From: an uncultured Planctomycetaceae bacterium
GTDB lineage: Bacteria; Planctomycetota; Planctomycetia; Pirellulales; JAEUIK01
Length of the DNA stretch: 51,228 nucleotides
Direction of reading: 5' to 3'
NCBI GenBank assembly: GCA_964495375.1
Contig: CAZBWM010000002.1
Span: 137,780 to 189,007, forward strand
The notes under the pieces were generated by a model, which was not told the origin of the DNA, did not search any database, and saw nothing but the letters and a program-made list of their open reading frames with translations. Position 1 is the first letter of the stretch; every line of letters starts with the position of its first letter. Positions 9,792 to 18,620 of this stretch are shown in pieces. The position numbers were made by a program, and so were the translations under genes.

Positions 9792-11069
9792 ATGAATCGA
9801 ACGCTGCAACATCGTCGCGCACTGATGCTCTGCCTCTTCGCGGTGGCGAGTCTGGCCACCGGCTGCAAGAATTGCTGCCTTTCGATGCGTACCAGCGGCC
9901 GGATCGTCAACGAGTCGCCGCCGCAGAACAATATCTCGCCCGTCGTGCCCAATCGCGTGCCGCTCACGGGGCAGTGCGAAGGTCGCCGCGTGGCGATCAT
10001 CGACGTCGATGGCCTGTTGTTGAACGCGGATATGGTGGGCCCGTCTTCGCACGGCGAAAACCCAGTGTCGCTGTTCCGCGAAAAGCTCGAGGCGGCCGCC
10101 GCCGATCCCTGTGTGCGGGCCGTCGTGGTCCGCGTCAACAGCCCGGGTGGTGGCGCCGCCGCGAGCGACATCATGCGGCACGATCTGCTGGCCTACAAAC
10201 AACGCACCGGCATCCCGGTCGTGGCCTGTATTCTCGATCTCGGGACGGGCGGAGCGTATTACCTGGCGACCGCCGCCGACACGATCGTCGCCCACCCCAC
10301 GAGCATCACCGGTGGCATCGGCGTGATCCTCAACCTGTATGGGCTGTGGGATGGCATGCAGGCCCAATCCGTGCTTCCGCGCAACATAGTCGCGGGGGAC
10401 ATGATCGACATGGGAAGCGCGATCCTGCCGCCAGGGCTCGACGACGAATCAACCGATGAGTCGCCTGAAGAATCCGCTACAGAATTAAATGTGGAACCGG
10501 CCGAAACGATTCCGCCTCCCGAAGACACAATGCCCGAAGACACAGCGCCCGAAGCTGGCGGTGGCGACGATGCCGCTGCGCCTGCCGAGTTGGTCGCGCC
10601 GGCCAAGGCGGCCGCAATCGGCGAGCCGTTGTCGCCTGAAGGCGGGACCGGCTTCACCAAGCAGAAGCGGGCTCTGCTGAAGCAGATGGCCGACGACTTT
10701 CACACACGCTTCCGCGAGGCGGTCTCGGCCGCGCGACCGCTGCACGAGGCCGAACTGGAGACCGACTTCGATGGTCGCGTTTTCACGGCCACTCAGGCGC
10801 GCGAGCGCGGGCTGATCGACGAGATCGGTTACCTCGACGAAGCAATCCGGATCGCCGAAGGGATGGCCGGCCTCAACGGGGCGACCGTCGTCTTCTATCA
10901 CCGCAAGAACGACCCCGCCCGCTCGCCGTATGCCATCACGCCTAACGTGCCGCTGCAAGGGGCGGGCATCCTGCCAATCAGCACGCCGGGCCGCGAGCGC
11001 ACCCGGTTGCCGATGTTCCTCTTCATGTGGCAGCCCGAGCCGATGATGGAAAAACTCAGCGGGCGATAG
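9792..11069 (+). CDS. sppA: SppA-like lipoprotein (S49), copy 2, with acidic low-complexity insert
   Basis: Lipobox LATGC. Same S49 core as copy 1 but with GTGGAYYLATAAD (Ala where copy 1 has Ser). Carries an ~80-aa Asp/Glu/Pro-rich insert (DDESTDESPEESATELNVEPAETIPPPEDTMPEDTAPEAGGGDD...). Confidence 0.8.
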   Translation: MNRTLQHRRALMLCLFAVASLATGCKNCCLSMRTSGRIVNESPPQNNISPVVPNRVPLTGQCEGRRVAIIDVDGLLLNADMVGPSSHGENPVSLFREKLEAAAADPCVRAVVVRVNSPGGGAAASDIMRHDLLAYKQRTGIPVVACILDLGTGGAYYLATAADTIVAHPTSITGGIGVILNLYGLWDGMQAQSVLPRNIVAGDMIDMGSAILPPGLDDESTDESPEESATELNVEPAETIPPPEDTMPEDTAPEAGGGDDAAAPAELVAPAKAAAIGEPLSPEGGTGFTKQKRALLKQMADDFHTRFREAVSAARPLHEAELETDFDGRVFTATQARERGLIDEIGYLDEAIRIAEGMAGLNGATVVFYHRKNDPARSPYAITPNVPLQGAGILPISTPGRERTRLPMFLFMWQPEPMMEKLSGR

Positions 11070-11191
11070 GCCGGGGCGTGAGGTCCTTCGTATGCCAGCC
11101 ATTGCATTCGGCCAGCCGCAGTGTTCAATTCCGGCATGCGCGGCGCGCGGTTTTGCGTCGCGCCCGATCCTGTGAATTGGGACATTTTGCC

Positions 11192-12082
11192 ATGCGGTTC
11201 GTGACGTATCTGAGTGATCGTGGGGCGCGCGTCGCCGCCCTGCGCGATGGGCAGTATGTCGATCTGGCCGACGCCGACTCCAAGCTGCCCGCCAACTTGC
11301 GCGCGCTGTTGGCAGCCGGCGACGCCCTGCGACCCGCGATCGCGGCGGCCGCGGCCAAGGGGCGCGCGATCGATCCGGCGACCGTTTCGTTGGCCGCGCC
11401 GATCCCCGATCCACGCAAGATCGTCTGCGTCGGGCTGAACTATGCCGATCACGCCCACGAGAGCGGCGTGCAGCCCCCCAGCGAGCCGGTGATCTTCAAC
11501 AAGTTTCCGACCGCGCTCACGGGGCACCTATCGCCCATCGTGCTGCCACGCGTCAGCCACGAAGTCGATTACGAAGCCGAATTGGTCGTCGCAATTGGCC
11601 GCACCGCCCGGCACGTTTCCGAGGCCTCGGCACTAAGCCACGTGGCCGGCTACCTGTGTGGGCACGACGTTTCGGCCCGCGATTGGCAGTTGCGTAAAGA
11701 AGGCAAGCAGTGGTTATTGGGCAAATCGTTCGATACCTTCGCCCCGTGCGGCCCCTGGCTTGTCACGGCCGACGAAGTCGCCGATCCGCACAAGCTGCGC
11801 GTGCAATTCCGTTTGAATGGCCGCACGCTACAAGACTCGAACACCTCGCAGTTCATCTTCAAGCTGCCCACGCTGATCGCTTACATTTCACAGGTCTGCA
11901 CGCTTGAGCCAGGCGATTTGATCTTTACGGGCACCCCGCCCGGCGTCGGCTTCGCCCGCAAGCCGCCGGTGTTTCTGCAGCCCGGCGACGTGGCCGAAGT
12001 CGAAATCGATGGGCTGGGCACGCTGCGCAACCCCGTCGTTGCTGAATCGGGTAGCAGCGACGACGAAGAAGACGTCAACTAA
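11192..12082 (+). CDS. fumarylacetoacetate hydrolase (FAH)-family protein
   Basis: KIVCVGLNYADHA...VDYEAELVVAIGR...GKSFDTFAPCGPWLVT...GDLIFTGTPPGVG are canonical FAH-family motifs. Confidence 0.85.
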   Translation: MRFVTYLSDRGARVAALRDGQYVDLADADSKLPANLRALLAAGDALRPAIAAAAAKGRAIDPATVSLAAPIPDPRKIVCVGLNYADHAHESGVQPPSEPVIFNKFPTALTGHLSPIVLPRVSHEVDYEAELVVAIGRTARHVSEASALSHVAGYLCGHDVSARDWQLRKEGKQWLLGKSFDTFAPCGPWLVTADEVADPHKLRVQFRLNGRTLQDSNTSQFIFKLPTLIAYISQVCTLEPGDLIFTGTPPGVGFARKPPVFLQPGDVAEVEIDGLGTLRNPVVAESGSSDDEEDVN

Positions 12083-12277
12083 GGCGTTTGGTGCCGGCCG
12101 CGAACCATCTGGTTTGCGCGGTCTTAGATCGCCACAAGCAAAGTTCGCGCCCTATCGACTTTTTGCGCGATGCGGTTTCCCTTGGCGCTGGTGGACGCGC
12201 GCGCGGGGTCAACTACAATGCGCCTCGCATCTTGAGCAGGCCTCATAAGAATTCGCGGCGAGGCGCCTCGACCAATC

Positions 12278-13459
12278 GTGACTGAGCACATCATCACCAC
12301 CGACCAGCAGTTGGAGAGCTTCACGAAGCGGCTGGCCACGGCGCCGTCGATTGCCTTCGACACAGAATTTGTGTCGGAGCACACGTATCGCCCGGAGTTA
12401 TGCTTGATTCAGGTGGCCGCCGGCGACGAGTTGGCCGTCATCGATCCGCTGCCGATCGGCAACGTCGATTCGTTCTGGCACGCCGTGGCGGCCGCCGGTC
12501 ACGAGACAATCGTGCATGCCGGGCGCGAAGAGATCTGCTTCTGTCTCGACGCCATTGGCGTCCTACCAAGCAACTTGTTCGACGTGCAGTTGGCCGCCGG
12601 GCTGGTCGGTTACGAATACCCGGCCGGTTATGGGACGCTCGTCGCCCGCGTATTGGGCAAGCAAGTTCACAAGCGCGAAACGCGCACCGATTGGCGCCGT
12701 CGGCCATTGTCGTCGAACCAAATTCAATACGCGCTCGAAGACGTTCGCGACTTGACGGCGGTTCGCGACGTCCTGCACGCCGAGCTCACGCGGCAAGGCC
12801 GACTGAGCTGGCTGGCCGACGAAATGGCGCAGTGGCTCGCCGACGTGCAGCTCTCGCGCGGTCGCGAGCGCTGGTGGCGCGTGACCGGGAGCGCCAACCT
12901 GTCGAGCCGGGAGCTGGCCATCGTCCGCGAAATCTGGCGCTGGCGCGACGAAGAAGCGCAGCGCCGCGATTGCCCCGTGCGGCGCATCCTTCGCGACGAT
13001 CTGATCGTCGAGTTGGCCAAACGCCGCGCTACCGACGAGCGTCAGATTCGGGCCGTGCGTGGGCTGGAGCGGCGCGACTTGCAACCGGCGTTGGCCGGCC
13101 TGTCGCAAGCGATCGCGCGGGGGTTGGAAGTGCCCGACGATGAGTGCCCGCGACCGCAGCGCCGCGAAACGAGCTCGCACTTGTCGCTGGTCGCGCAGTT
13201 TTTGTCGTCGGCGCTCACGAGCATTTGCCGCGCGGCCCGCGTGGCGACGAGTATCGTTGGCACCGCGCAAGACGTGCGCGATCTCGTGGCCTGGCGGCTG
13301 GCCGCCGAAGGAGGTCGCGAACCAGGCGAGCCCCCGGTGCTGGCCACCGGCTGGCGCGCCGAGGTCGTCGGCCAATTGCTCGATGACTTGCTGGCCGGCA
13401 AAACGTCGATCCGCATTCGCGATCCACGCAGCGACGAGCCGCTGTCGTTCGAGTCGTAG
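12278..13459 (+). CDS. rnd: ribonuclease D
   Basis: GTG start. 3'-5' exonuclease motifs IAFDTEFVSEHTYRPELCLIQVA and YALEDV, with an HRDC-like C-terminal region. Confidence 0.85.
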   Translation: MTEHIITTDQQLESFTKRLATAPSIAFDTEFVSEHTYRPELCLIQVAAGDELAVIDPLPIGNVDSFWHAVAAAGHETIVHAGREEICFCLDAIGVLPSNLFDVQLAAGLVGYEYPAGYGTLVARVLGKQVHKRETRTDWRRRPLSSNQIQYALEDVRDLTAVRDVLHAELTRQGRLSWLADEMAQWLADVQLSRGRERWWRVTGSANLSSRELAIVREIWRWRDEEAQRRDCPVRRILRDDLIVELAKRRATDERQIRAVRGLERRDLQPALAGLSQAIARGLEVPDDECPRPQRRETSSHLSLVAQFLSSALTSICRAARVATSIVGTAQDVRDLVAWRLAAEGGREPGEPPVLATGWRAEVVGQLLDDLLAGKTSIRIRDPRSDEPLSFES

Positions 13460-13523
13460 CAAGATCGATCGCGCGTCGCGCCGCTGCTGCGACCACTTCC
13501 TGATGACTCGCCCCCCAAGGCGC

Positions 13524-14591
13524 TTAGTTCGCGCCCCCGGTCTCGCGCAGATGCCACAGATCGACGAGCCATTGGCCGTTGGACTGCGTCGATGGCGCGA
13601 CGGTACCAAACGACGTTGCGCCACTGACGCCCGTTGGGCCGGCCGGCAGCGGCGGCGGACTAGCAGGGGCCGGCGGCGGGGGCGCGGCACTTGGCGTCGC
13701 AGTCGGCGGTAACGAAACCGGTGACGCCGACGGAGAGGCACCCGCGGGCGCCGCGCTCGCGGGTGGCTGCGATCTCACCGGCGGGAGCGCAGCCGCCGAG
13801 TTCGCCGCGGTCGGGGTCGCCGCGACGAGCGGCGGCGCAGAACCACCGGCGCCGCCAGGTTGTGCGTCGCTGGACTCTTCAAAGCCGTCGCGGTAAACCG
13901 TGCCCGTGGCAATCGGCTCTTCCTCGTGGGTGTCGCGGAACTGATGCCGGCCACCGATGATCGGCACGCTAACCTGATCGCCGGCGAACTTGGTTCCCTC
14001 GTAGACGGTGCCGCGCTGAAAAGGACCCGCGCCAAAGAACCAACTGTTGCGCGCCGTGCTGGTGACCGGCACCACGCCCGACTGCAACACGGGGCGCCCC
14101 GTCTTGCGGTTGTAGGCGAAGACCGCGATCTTGGCGACTGCTCGCTGATTGGTGCTCTTGGCGAAGGGAATCTCGGGGATCGTCGACGGCATCGGGACCG
14201 GCATGCCCGGCACGCTCGGCACCGCGACCGACGGTACACCGAACAGCAAGTCGCTACGGTCGGTGCCGACGCCGCCGGAGCGCGCTTCGACGACAAAGTC
14301 GGCTTCGGTGCGCGCCTCGCGCAGCACCACGCCGCTCGCCAGCAAGTGCTGCCGCAGCGAACTGACCAGGTAGTTCTCGTCGGTCGTGCCGCGCAGATAC
14401 GACGGATCGAAATAGACGTCTCGGCCACCGAGCACGGCGAAATCGAGCTCCGAAACAGCGCGGTCGATCGCGTTGGAGATCAACAACTGCTCGGTCGCCG
14501 TGCGGGCCGTGTCCGACCAGCGCGTGGTGCCGCAGCCAGCGAGAGAAATCAACAACGCTAGCGCCAGCAGCGCGCGGAGTGCGCGAGTCAA
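13524..14591 (-). CDS. hypothetical lipoprotein with Pro/Ala-rich C-terminal tail
   Basis: A TTG start gives (M)TRALRALLALALLISLAGC, a lipobox. The C-terminal ~100 aa are Pro/Ala/Ser low complexity. The track ORF runs to 14756, but that extension encodes the 18-bp tandem repeat. Confidence 0.45.
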   Translation of the reverse strand: MTRALRALLALALLISLAGCGTTRWSDTARTATEQLLISNAIDRAVSELDFAVLGGRDVYFDPSYLRGTTDENYLVSSLRQHLLASGVVLREARTEADFVVEARSGGVGTDRSDLLFGVPSVAVPSVPGMPVPMPSTIPEIPFAKSTNQRAVAKIAVFAYNRKTGRPVLQSGVVPVTSTARNSWFFGAGPFQRGTVYEGTKFAGDQVSVPIIGGRHQFRDTHEEEPIATGTVYRDGFEESSDAQPGGAGGSAPPLVAATPTAANSAAALPPVRSQPPASAAPAGASPSASPVSLPPTATPSAAPPPPAPASPPPLPAGPTGVSGATSFGTVAPSTQSNGQWLVDLWHLRETGGAN

Positions 14592-14615
14592 ATTCGAGTC
14601 ACGGGCGCTGCCTGC

Positions 14616-14670
14616 GCGCAACGCACTGCATCCGCGCAACGCACCGCATCCGCGCAACGTACCGCCCCGC
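14616..14670. repeat. 18-bp tandem repeat x3 (CGCAACGCAYYGCATCCG)
   Basis: cgcaacgcactgcatccg / cgcaacgcaccgcatccg / cgcaacgtaccgccccg lies directly upstream of, or in the N-terminal extension of, the lipoprotein gene. Confidence 0.7.
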
Positions 14671-14997
14671 CGGGTTCTCTGCGCAAGAACCCGGCTGGGC
14701 AATGTCGGGGCACGGCAGCCGATGACTGCCAGCGCGGTAGCGATCGAATCGCGCAAAAGGGTTCTGACCTGCTGAACTGCCTGATGAGAGGGCCCTGATC
14801 CGGGGGCACCGACGAGGGGGCACCAACGAGGGGGCGAAGTGTAGCAAAATTGGCCGAGGGGCTGAACCCACGTTTGCTCCGCAACGCTAGCACGCGCCGG
14901 TCGACTTAACCGCTAGGGGCCACGGGGGTTTCTGTGGTATGCTTCGCGCGACGTTCGCACCCCGTTGCTATCAGCGCGGCAACCGACCCAGCGCGCC

Positions 14998-15336
14998 ATG
15001 GAAGAGAGAACACCCATGCCGACTCGCACCGCTGCAGGCATGCCCGGCGCGCCAGCAGATCAAGAATCCGCCAGCAGATTAGGTGCCGACGCGCGATCGG
15101 CCGCCGACGCCGCGTCAGCATCCGGCGATCGCCTGACGCGGATCGAGCGCAAGCTCACCTGGCTCACGGTCGGCATCTTCGGCGTGGCCCTGGCGCTGTT
15201 GTTCAACGTGGCCGCGGTGTTCGGCACGATCGTCGAATTCCATGCCGGCGAAGGATTGCTGATCGGTTCGGCCAGCGCCGGCGGCGTCGTCATGGGGTTT
15301 GTGTTTGGTTGGCTCGCGCGGCGAGCTATCGTGTAA
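14998..15336 (+). CDS. small hypothetical membrane protein
   Basis: MEERTPMPTRT... has an Ala/Ser/Asp-rich N-terminus, then two hydrophobic helices (LTWLTVGIFGVALALLFNVAAVFG; GGVVMGFVFGWLA). No family recognised. Confidence 0.35.
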   Translation: MEERTPMPTRTAAGMPGAPADQESASRLGADARSAADAASASGDRLTRIERKLTWLTVGIFGVALALLFNVAAVFGTIVEFHAGEGLLIGSASAGGVVMGFVFGWLARRAIV

Positions 15337-15421
15337 CTACCGCTGGCGGACAGACCCTGCTCGTTCGCCCGGCCGCACCAGGCACGATCCCACACCAACG
15401 TACTCGCTCAACCGCCTCTCG

Positions 15422-16084
15422 ATGATCCTCCTCATCGACAACTACGACAGCTTCGTCTTCAATTTGGCACGCTACTTTGAGCGTCTGGGCCAACACGTGC
15501 AAGTGGTGCGCAACGACGCCCTCGATGTCCACTCGCTCGGTGGCCACGAGCCTCGGGCACTCGTCCTTTCGCCGGGCCCTTGCACGCCGGTCGAAGCGGG
15601 GGCCTCGCTCGAACTGGTGCACCACTGGCACCAGCGGCTGCCGATCCTGGGGATTTGCCTGGGGCATCAAACCATTGCCGCCGCACTCGGGGGCCGCGTG
15701 CTGCGCGCGGCCGAAGCCGTACACGGCCAGGCCAGCGAGGTGCATCACAACGGCGCCGACATCTTCGCGGGCCTGCCGAGCCCGCTGCACGCCGGCCGCT
15801 ACCACTCGCTGGTCGTCGAAGAAAGTTCGCTCCCGCCCTACTTGCCAGTGACCGCGCGCACCAGCGACGGCATCGTCATGGCAATCCAGCACCAGAGCCT
15901 CCCCGTCGTCGGCTTGCAGTTCCATCCCGAGTCGATTCTAACTGAGTCGGGCTACGCGCTGTTGGCGAACTTTCTGCAGATGGCCGGGCTCGACGAGGCG
16001 CCGCGGGTGCCGGCGTTTTCCGAAGAACGTCCCCAGTCGCCACGGTACCAATTGCCCACCGGGAGTCCACCGCCCACGTTTTAG
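15422..16084 (+). CDS. class I glutamine amidotransferase, anthranilate/aminodeoxychorismate synthase component II
   Basis: MILLIDNYDSFVFNLARYFERLG...LGICLGHQ...GLQFHPES contains the catalytic Cys-His-Glu triad motifs of TrpG/PabA. Confidence 0.85.
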   Translation: MILLIDNYDSFVFNLARYFERLGQHVQVVRNDALDVHSLGGHEPRALVLSPGPCTPVEAGASLELVHHWHQRLPILGICLGHQTIAAALGGRVLRAAEAVHGQASEVHHNGADIFAGLPSPLHAGRYHSLVVEESSLPPYLPVTARTSDGIVMAIQHQSLPVVGLQFHPESILTESGYALLANFLQMAGLDEAPRVPAFSEERPQSPRYQLPTGSPPPTF

Positions 16085-16141
16085 CGCGCCGATCGGCAAA
16101 CGGTTCTGCGCTGCTCGTCGCGTCAAACCTAGCGCCACCGA

Positions 16142-16765
16142 ATGAGGGTCTCGAACGTGATCCTGGAAGGTCTGGTCACCACGATCAATGCCGATGGCTC
16201 GGTCAACATCGCGCCGATGGGGCCCACGGTCGACGCCGAGATGCACGCGCTGGTGCTGCGACCGTTTCCCACTTCGACGACGCTGGCCAACTTGCAGCGC
16301 GCCGGAGTCGGCGTGTTCCACGTCACCGACGACGTCGAACTGCTGGCCCATGCCGCGATCGGTCGACTGGAAACGATGCCTCGCCTGGCCCCCGCCGGCG
16401 TGATCGAGGGGCAGATCCTGGCCGATGCCTGCCGCTGGTACGCCTTCCGCGTGCGGTCGATCGACGACAGTGGCGAGCGCGTCGTGCTCGAAGCCGAGAT
16501 CGTCGGCCAGGGCGTGCAGCGCGAATTCTTTGGCTTCAACCGCGCGAAGCATGCGGTGCTCGAGGCCGCCATTCTCGCGACGCGGGTGGCGATCTTACCG
16601 CTGGCGGAAATTCAAGCCGAGTTTGCCCGGCTCGCCGCGCTGGTCTACAAAACCGGTGGCCCCGCAGAGCATCGTGCTTTTCTGTTCCTCGACGATTTTC
16701 TGCGGGCCGTAGTGGCAGCCGAAGACGAGGAAGTCATCGCCAGCGAAAGTCAGTCGGAGCTATGA
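16142..16765 (+). CDS. DUF447-like flavin-reductase-fold protein (tentative)
   Basis: 207 aa with no signal peptide. Family assignment is from memory of its pattern and neighbourhood; I recall it as H4MPT-associated. Its stop overlaps the next gene's start (ATGA). Confidence 0.45.
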   Translation: MRVSNVILEGLVTTINADGSVNIAPMGPTVDAEMHALVLRPFPTSTTLANLQRAGVGVFHVTDDVELLAHAAIGRLETMPRLAPAGVIEGQILADACRWYAFRVRSIDDSGERVVLEAEIVGQGVQREFFGFNRAKHAVLEAAILATRVAILPLAEIQAEFARLAALVYKTGGPAEHRAFLFLDDFLRAVVAAEDEEVIASESQSEL

Positions 16766-17817
16766 GCGGCGAGCGCGATCGCGTGGTCGAAGTACACGCG
16801 CCGACCCGGCTGCACTTTGGACTGGTGTCGTTCGCCGGCCAGTCGCGGCGCGGCTTTGGCGGAATCGGCGCGATGGTGGTGCCGCCGGTCTTGCGGGTGC
16901 GCGTCAGTTCCGCGCGGCAGTTTGCCGTGCAGGGTCCGTTGGCCGCACGCGCCGAAGGCATCGCGCGAGAACTGGTGCGGCTCGGGCGGCTACCGGCCAA
17001 GTTGCCCTGCCGCATCGAAGTGCTCGAAGCGCCAGGCGAGCATCGGGGATTAGGTGTCGGCACGCAGTTAACGCTGGCCGTGGCGACGGCGCTGTTAGGT
17101 TGGTTTGATCGGCCTACCGCGGATGTTTCAGCTACTGATGCCCGAGTTGCCGATGTTCGAGTTACTGATGTCCGAAATGCGGATGTCGGAGAGCTGGCGG
17201 TCGCGCTCGGTCGTGGCCGGCGTTCAGCCATCGGCGCGCATGGATTCGTACACGGCGGGCTGCTCGTCGATGGAGGAGTGGGCGAGCCGCCAGGCGCCGC
17301 GCGGCAAATCGCGCCGCTCGTCGCCCGCGTTGAATCGCCGGCGGCGTGGCGCTTTGTACTGCTGGCGCCGCGCGACGCCGAAGGATTGTCGGGGAGCGTC
17401 GAGCGCGCCGCGTTCGATCGCTTGCCCCCCGTGCCAGACGAAGTGACCGCCGAATTGTGCCGCGAGATTCTGCTGGGCTTGCTGCCGGCCGCGATTGAAG
17501 CCGATTGCGACGCATTTGGCGAAAGCTTGTATCGCTACGGGCGGTTGGCCGGCTCGTGCTACCGCAGCGTGCAGGGGGGGGCGTACGGCAGCCCACGTTT
17601 GGAAGCGCTCGTCCAGCGTGCGCGCGAGTTGGGCGCGCGCGGTGTCGGGCAGAGCTCTTGGGGGCCGACAGTGTACGCCCTGCTGCCCGAGCAGGCCGCG
17701 GCCGTGCATTTCGTCGAGCGTCTGCTGCAATCGCCAGAAGGGGCGCAGCTTTCGGCCCTGATCGCGGCGCCGGACAACACCGGCGCGCAGGTGAGCGTGT
17801 CGGGAGGAGACGAGTAA
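16762..17817 (+). CDS. GHMP-kinase-fold protein, beta-ribofuranosylaminobenzene 5'-phosphate (beta-RFAP) synthase-like
   Basis: N-terminal HAPTRLHFGLVSF...GGIGAMV and a PxGxGLGxGT-like loop GLGVGTQLTLAVA are typical of GHMP/RFAP synthase. Contains an imperfect in-frame tandem-repeat insert. Confidence 0.55.
   Translation: MSGERDRVVEVHAPTRLHFGLVSFAGQSRRGFGGIGAMVVPPVLRVRVSSARQFAVQGPLAARAEGIARELVRLGRLPAKLPCRIEVLEAPGEHRGLGVGTQLTLAVATALLGWFDRPTADVSATDARVADVRVTDVRNADVGELAVALGRGRRSAIGAHGFVHGGLLVDGGVGEPPGAARQIAPLVARVESPAAWRFVLLAPRDAEGLSGSVERAAFDRLPPVPDEVTAELCREILLGLLPAAIEADCDAFGESLYRYGRLAGSCYRSVQGGAYGSPRLEALVQRARELGARGVGQSSWGPTVYALLPEQAAAVHFVERLLQSPEGAQLSALIAAPDNTGAQVSVSGGDE
17123..17195. repeat. 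intragenic imperfect ~24-27-bp tandem repeat (ADV-rich insert)
   Basis: gcggatgtttcagctactgat / gcccgagttgccgatgttcgagttactgat / gtccgaaatgcggatgtcggag encodes ADVSATDARVADVRVTDVRNADVGE. Confidence 0.6.
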
Positions 17818-17869
17818 CGCGAAGGGACGTGGGTTTGTTCGCGACCGTTCTGCAAAGCGACGCCAGCAA

Positions 17870-18169
17870 TCAGGTAGGTCGTCGCAGAAGATCGTCTAGA
17901 TCTCGCGCGCCGTGCAAGACACGCACCAACAGAATACCGTTGTTATCGGGCACGAAGAAAACAACATAGACGCCGACGGAAAAGCAGCGTAAGGATCGCC
18001 CATATTCTTCAACGCTTTGGCCAAGGAGAGGGTGAGCGGCGTACGTCTGGCAAACTTGAGAGATCCGATCGATCATGCGGTCGGCGGCCGCGACGCTCGA
18101 TTGCGCGACCTGAAACCAGATCAAGTCGAGATCGGCGTGCGCCGCGTGAGTGTAGCGAACCGTCGCCAT
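17870..18169 (-). CDS. type II toxin, ParE/RelE superfamily
   Basis: 99 aa, MATVRYTHAAHADLDLIWFQVAQ...VGVYVVFFVPDNNGILLVRVLHGARDL is ParE-like. Overlaps the upstream antitoxin gene by 1 nt. Confidence 0.7.
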   Translation of the reverse strand: MATVRYTHAAHADLDLIWFQVAQSSVAAADRMIDRISQVCQTYAAHPLLGQSVEEYGRSLRCFSVGVYVVFFVPDNNGILLVRVLHGARDLDDLLRRPT

Positions 18170-18447
18170 TATCCGTTAGCGCGCAGTCGCTCGCGCCCGG
18201 CGGCTTTGATCAGCTCGGCGTCAAAGCCTTCGATCTCGCCACGAGCCGCCTGCTCAAGTCCGATGTGCAACTCGCTGCGCAGCCATTCCTGAAAAAGTCG
18301 GTCTGCGGACTCCCGCTCCAAAAGCACATACGTCTTTTGTGTCACGTCATCGCAAACCTCGACCGGGCGGCCGGGTTCGCGCTGGAGCGCCTCCCGCATT
18401 TCAGAAGTGATTTTGGGTGTCATGTCGGCATTGTACTCAAGGGCCAC
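18169..18447 (-). CDS. type II antitoxin (ParD/RHH-like, tentative)
   Basis: 92-aa acidic protein immediately upstream of and overlapping the toxin gene; this is the canonical TA operon layout. Confidence 0.55.
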   Translation of the reverse strand: MALEYNADMTPKITSEMREALQREPGRPVEVCDDVTQKTYVLLERESADRLFQEWLRSELHIGLEQAARGEIEGFDAELIKAAGRERLRANG

Positions 18448-18590
18448 CGCGCCAGGCTGCGCTAGTTTGTGGCGGCAACCTTCCGAAACCGTTGCCGGCG
18501 CGGATCGCAGCGTTTCCAGTCCCCCTTGGCAGCGGGTTCCGCCGGGGGGCCAAAGGCTAAAAAAGGTTCAAATTTGTATACCATTTCTAG

Positions 18591-18620
18591 TTGACAAGTG
18601 GACCAACAACCGCCTACAAT
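18591..18620 (+). promoter_or_regulatory. consensus sigma70 promoter (TTGACA-18-TACAAT) with AT-rich UP-like element
   Basis: TTGACA at 18591-18596, an 18-nt spacer, then TACAAT at 18615-18620. It is preceded by ctaaaaaaggttcaaatttgtataccatttc. No convincing ORF follows for ~770 bp. Confidence 0.55.
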
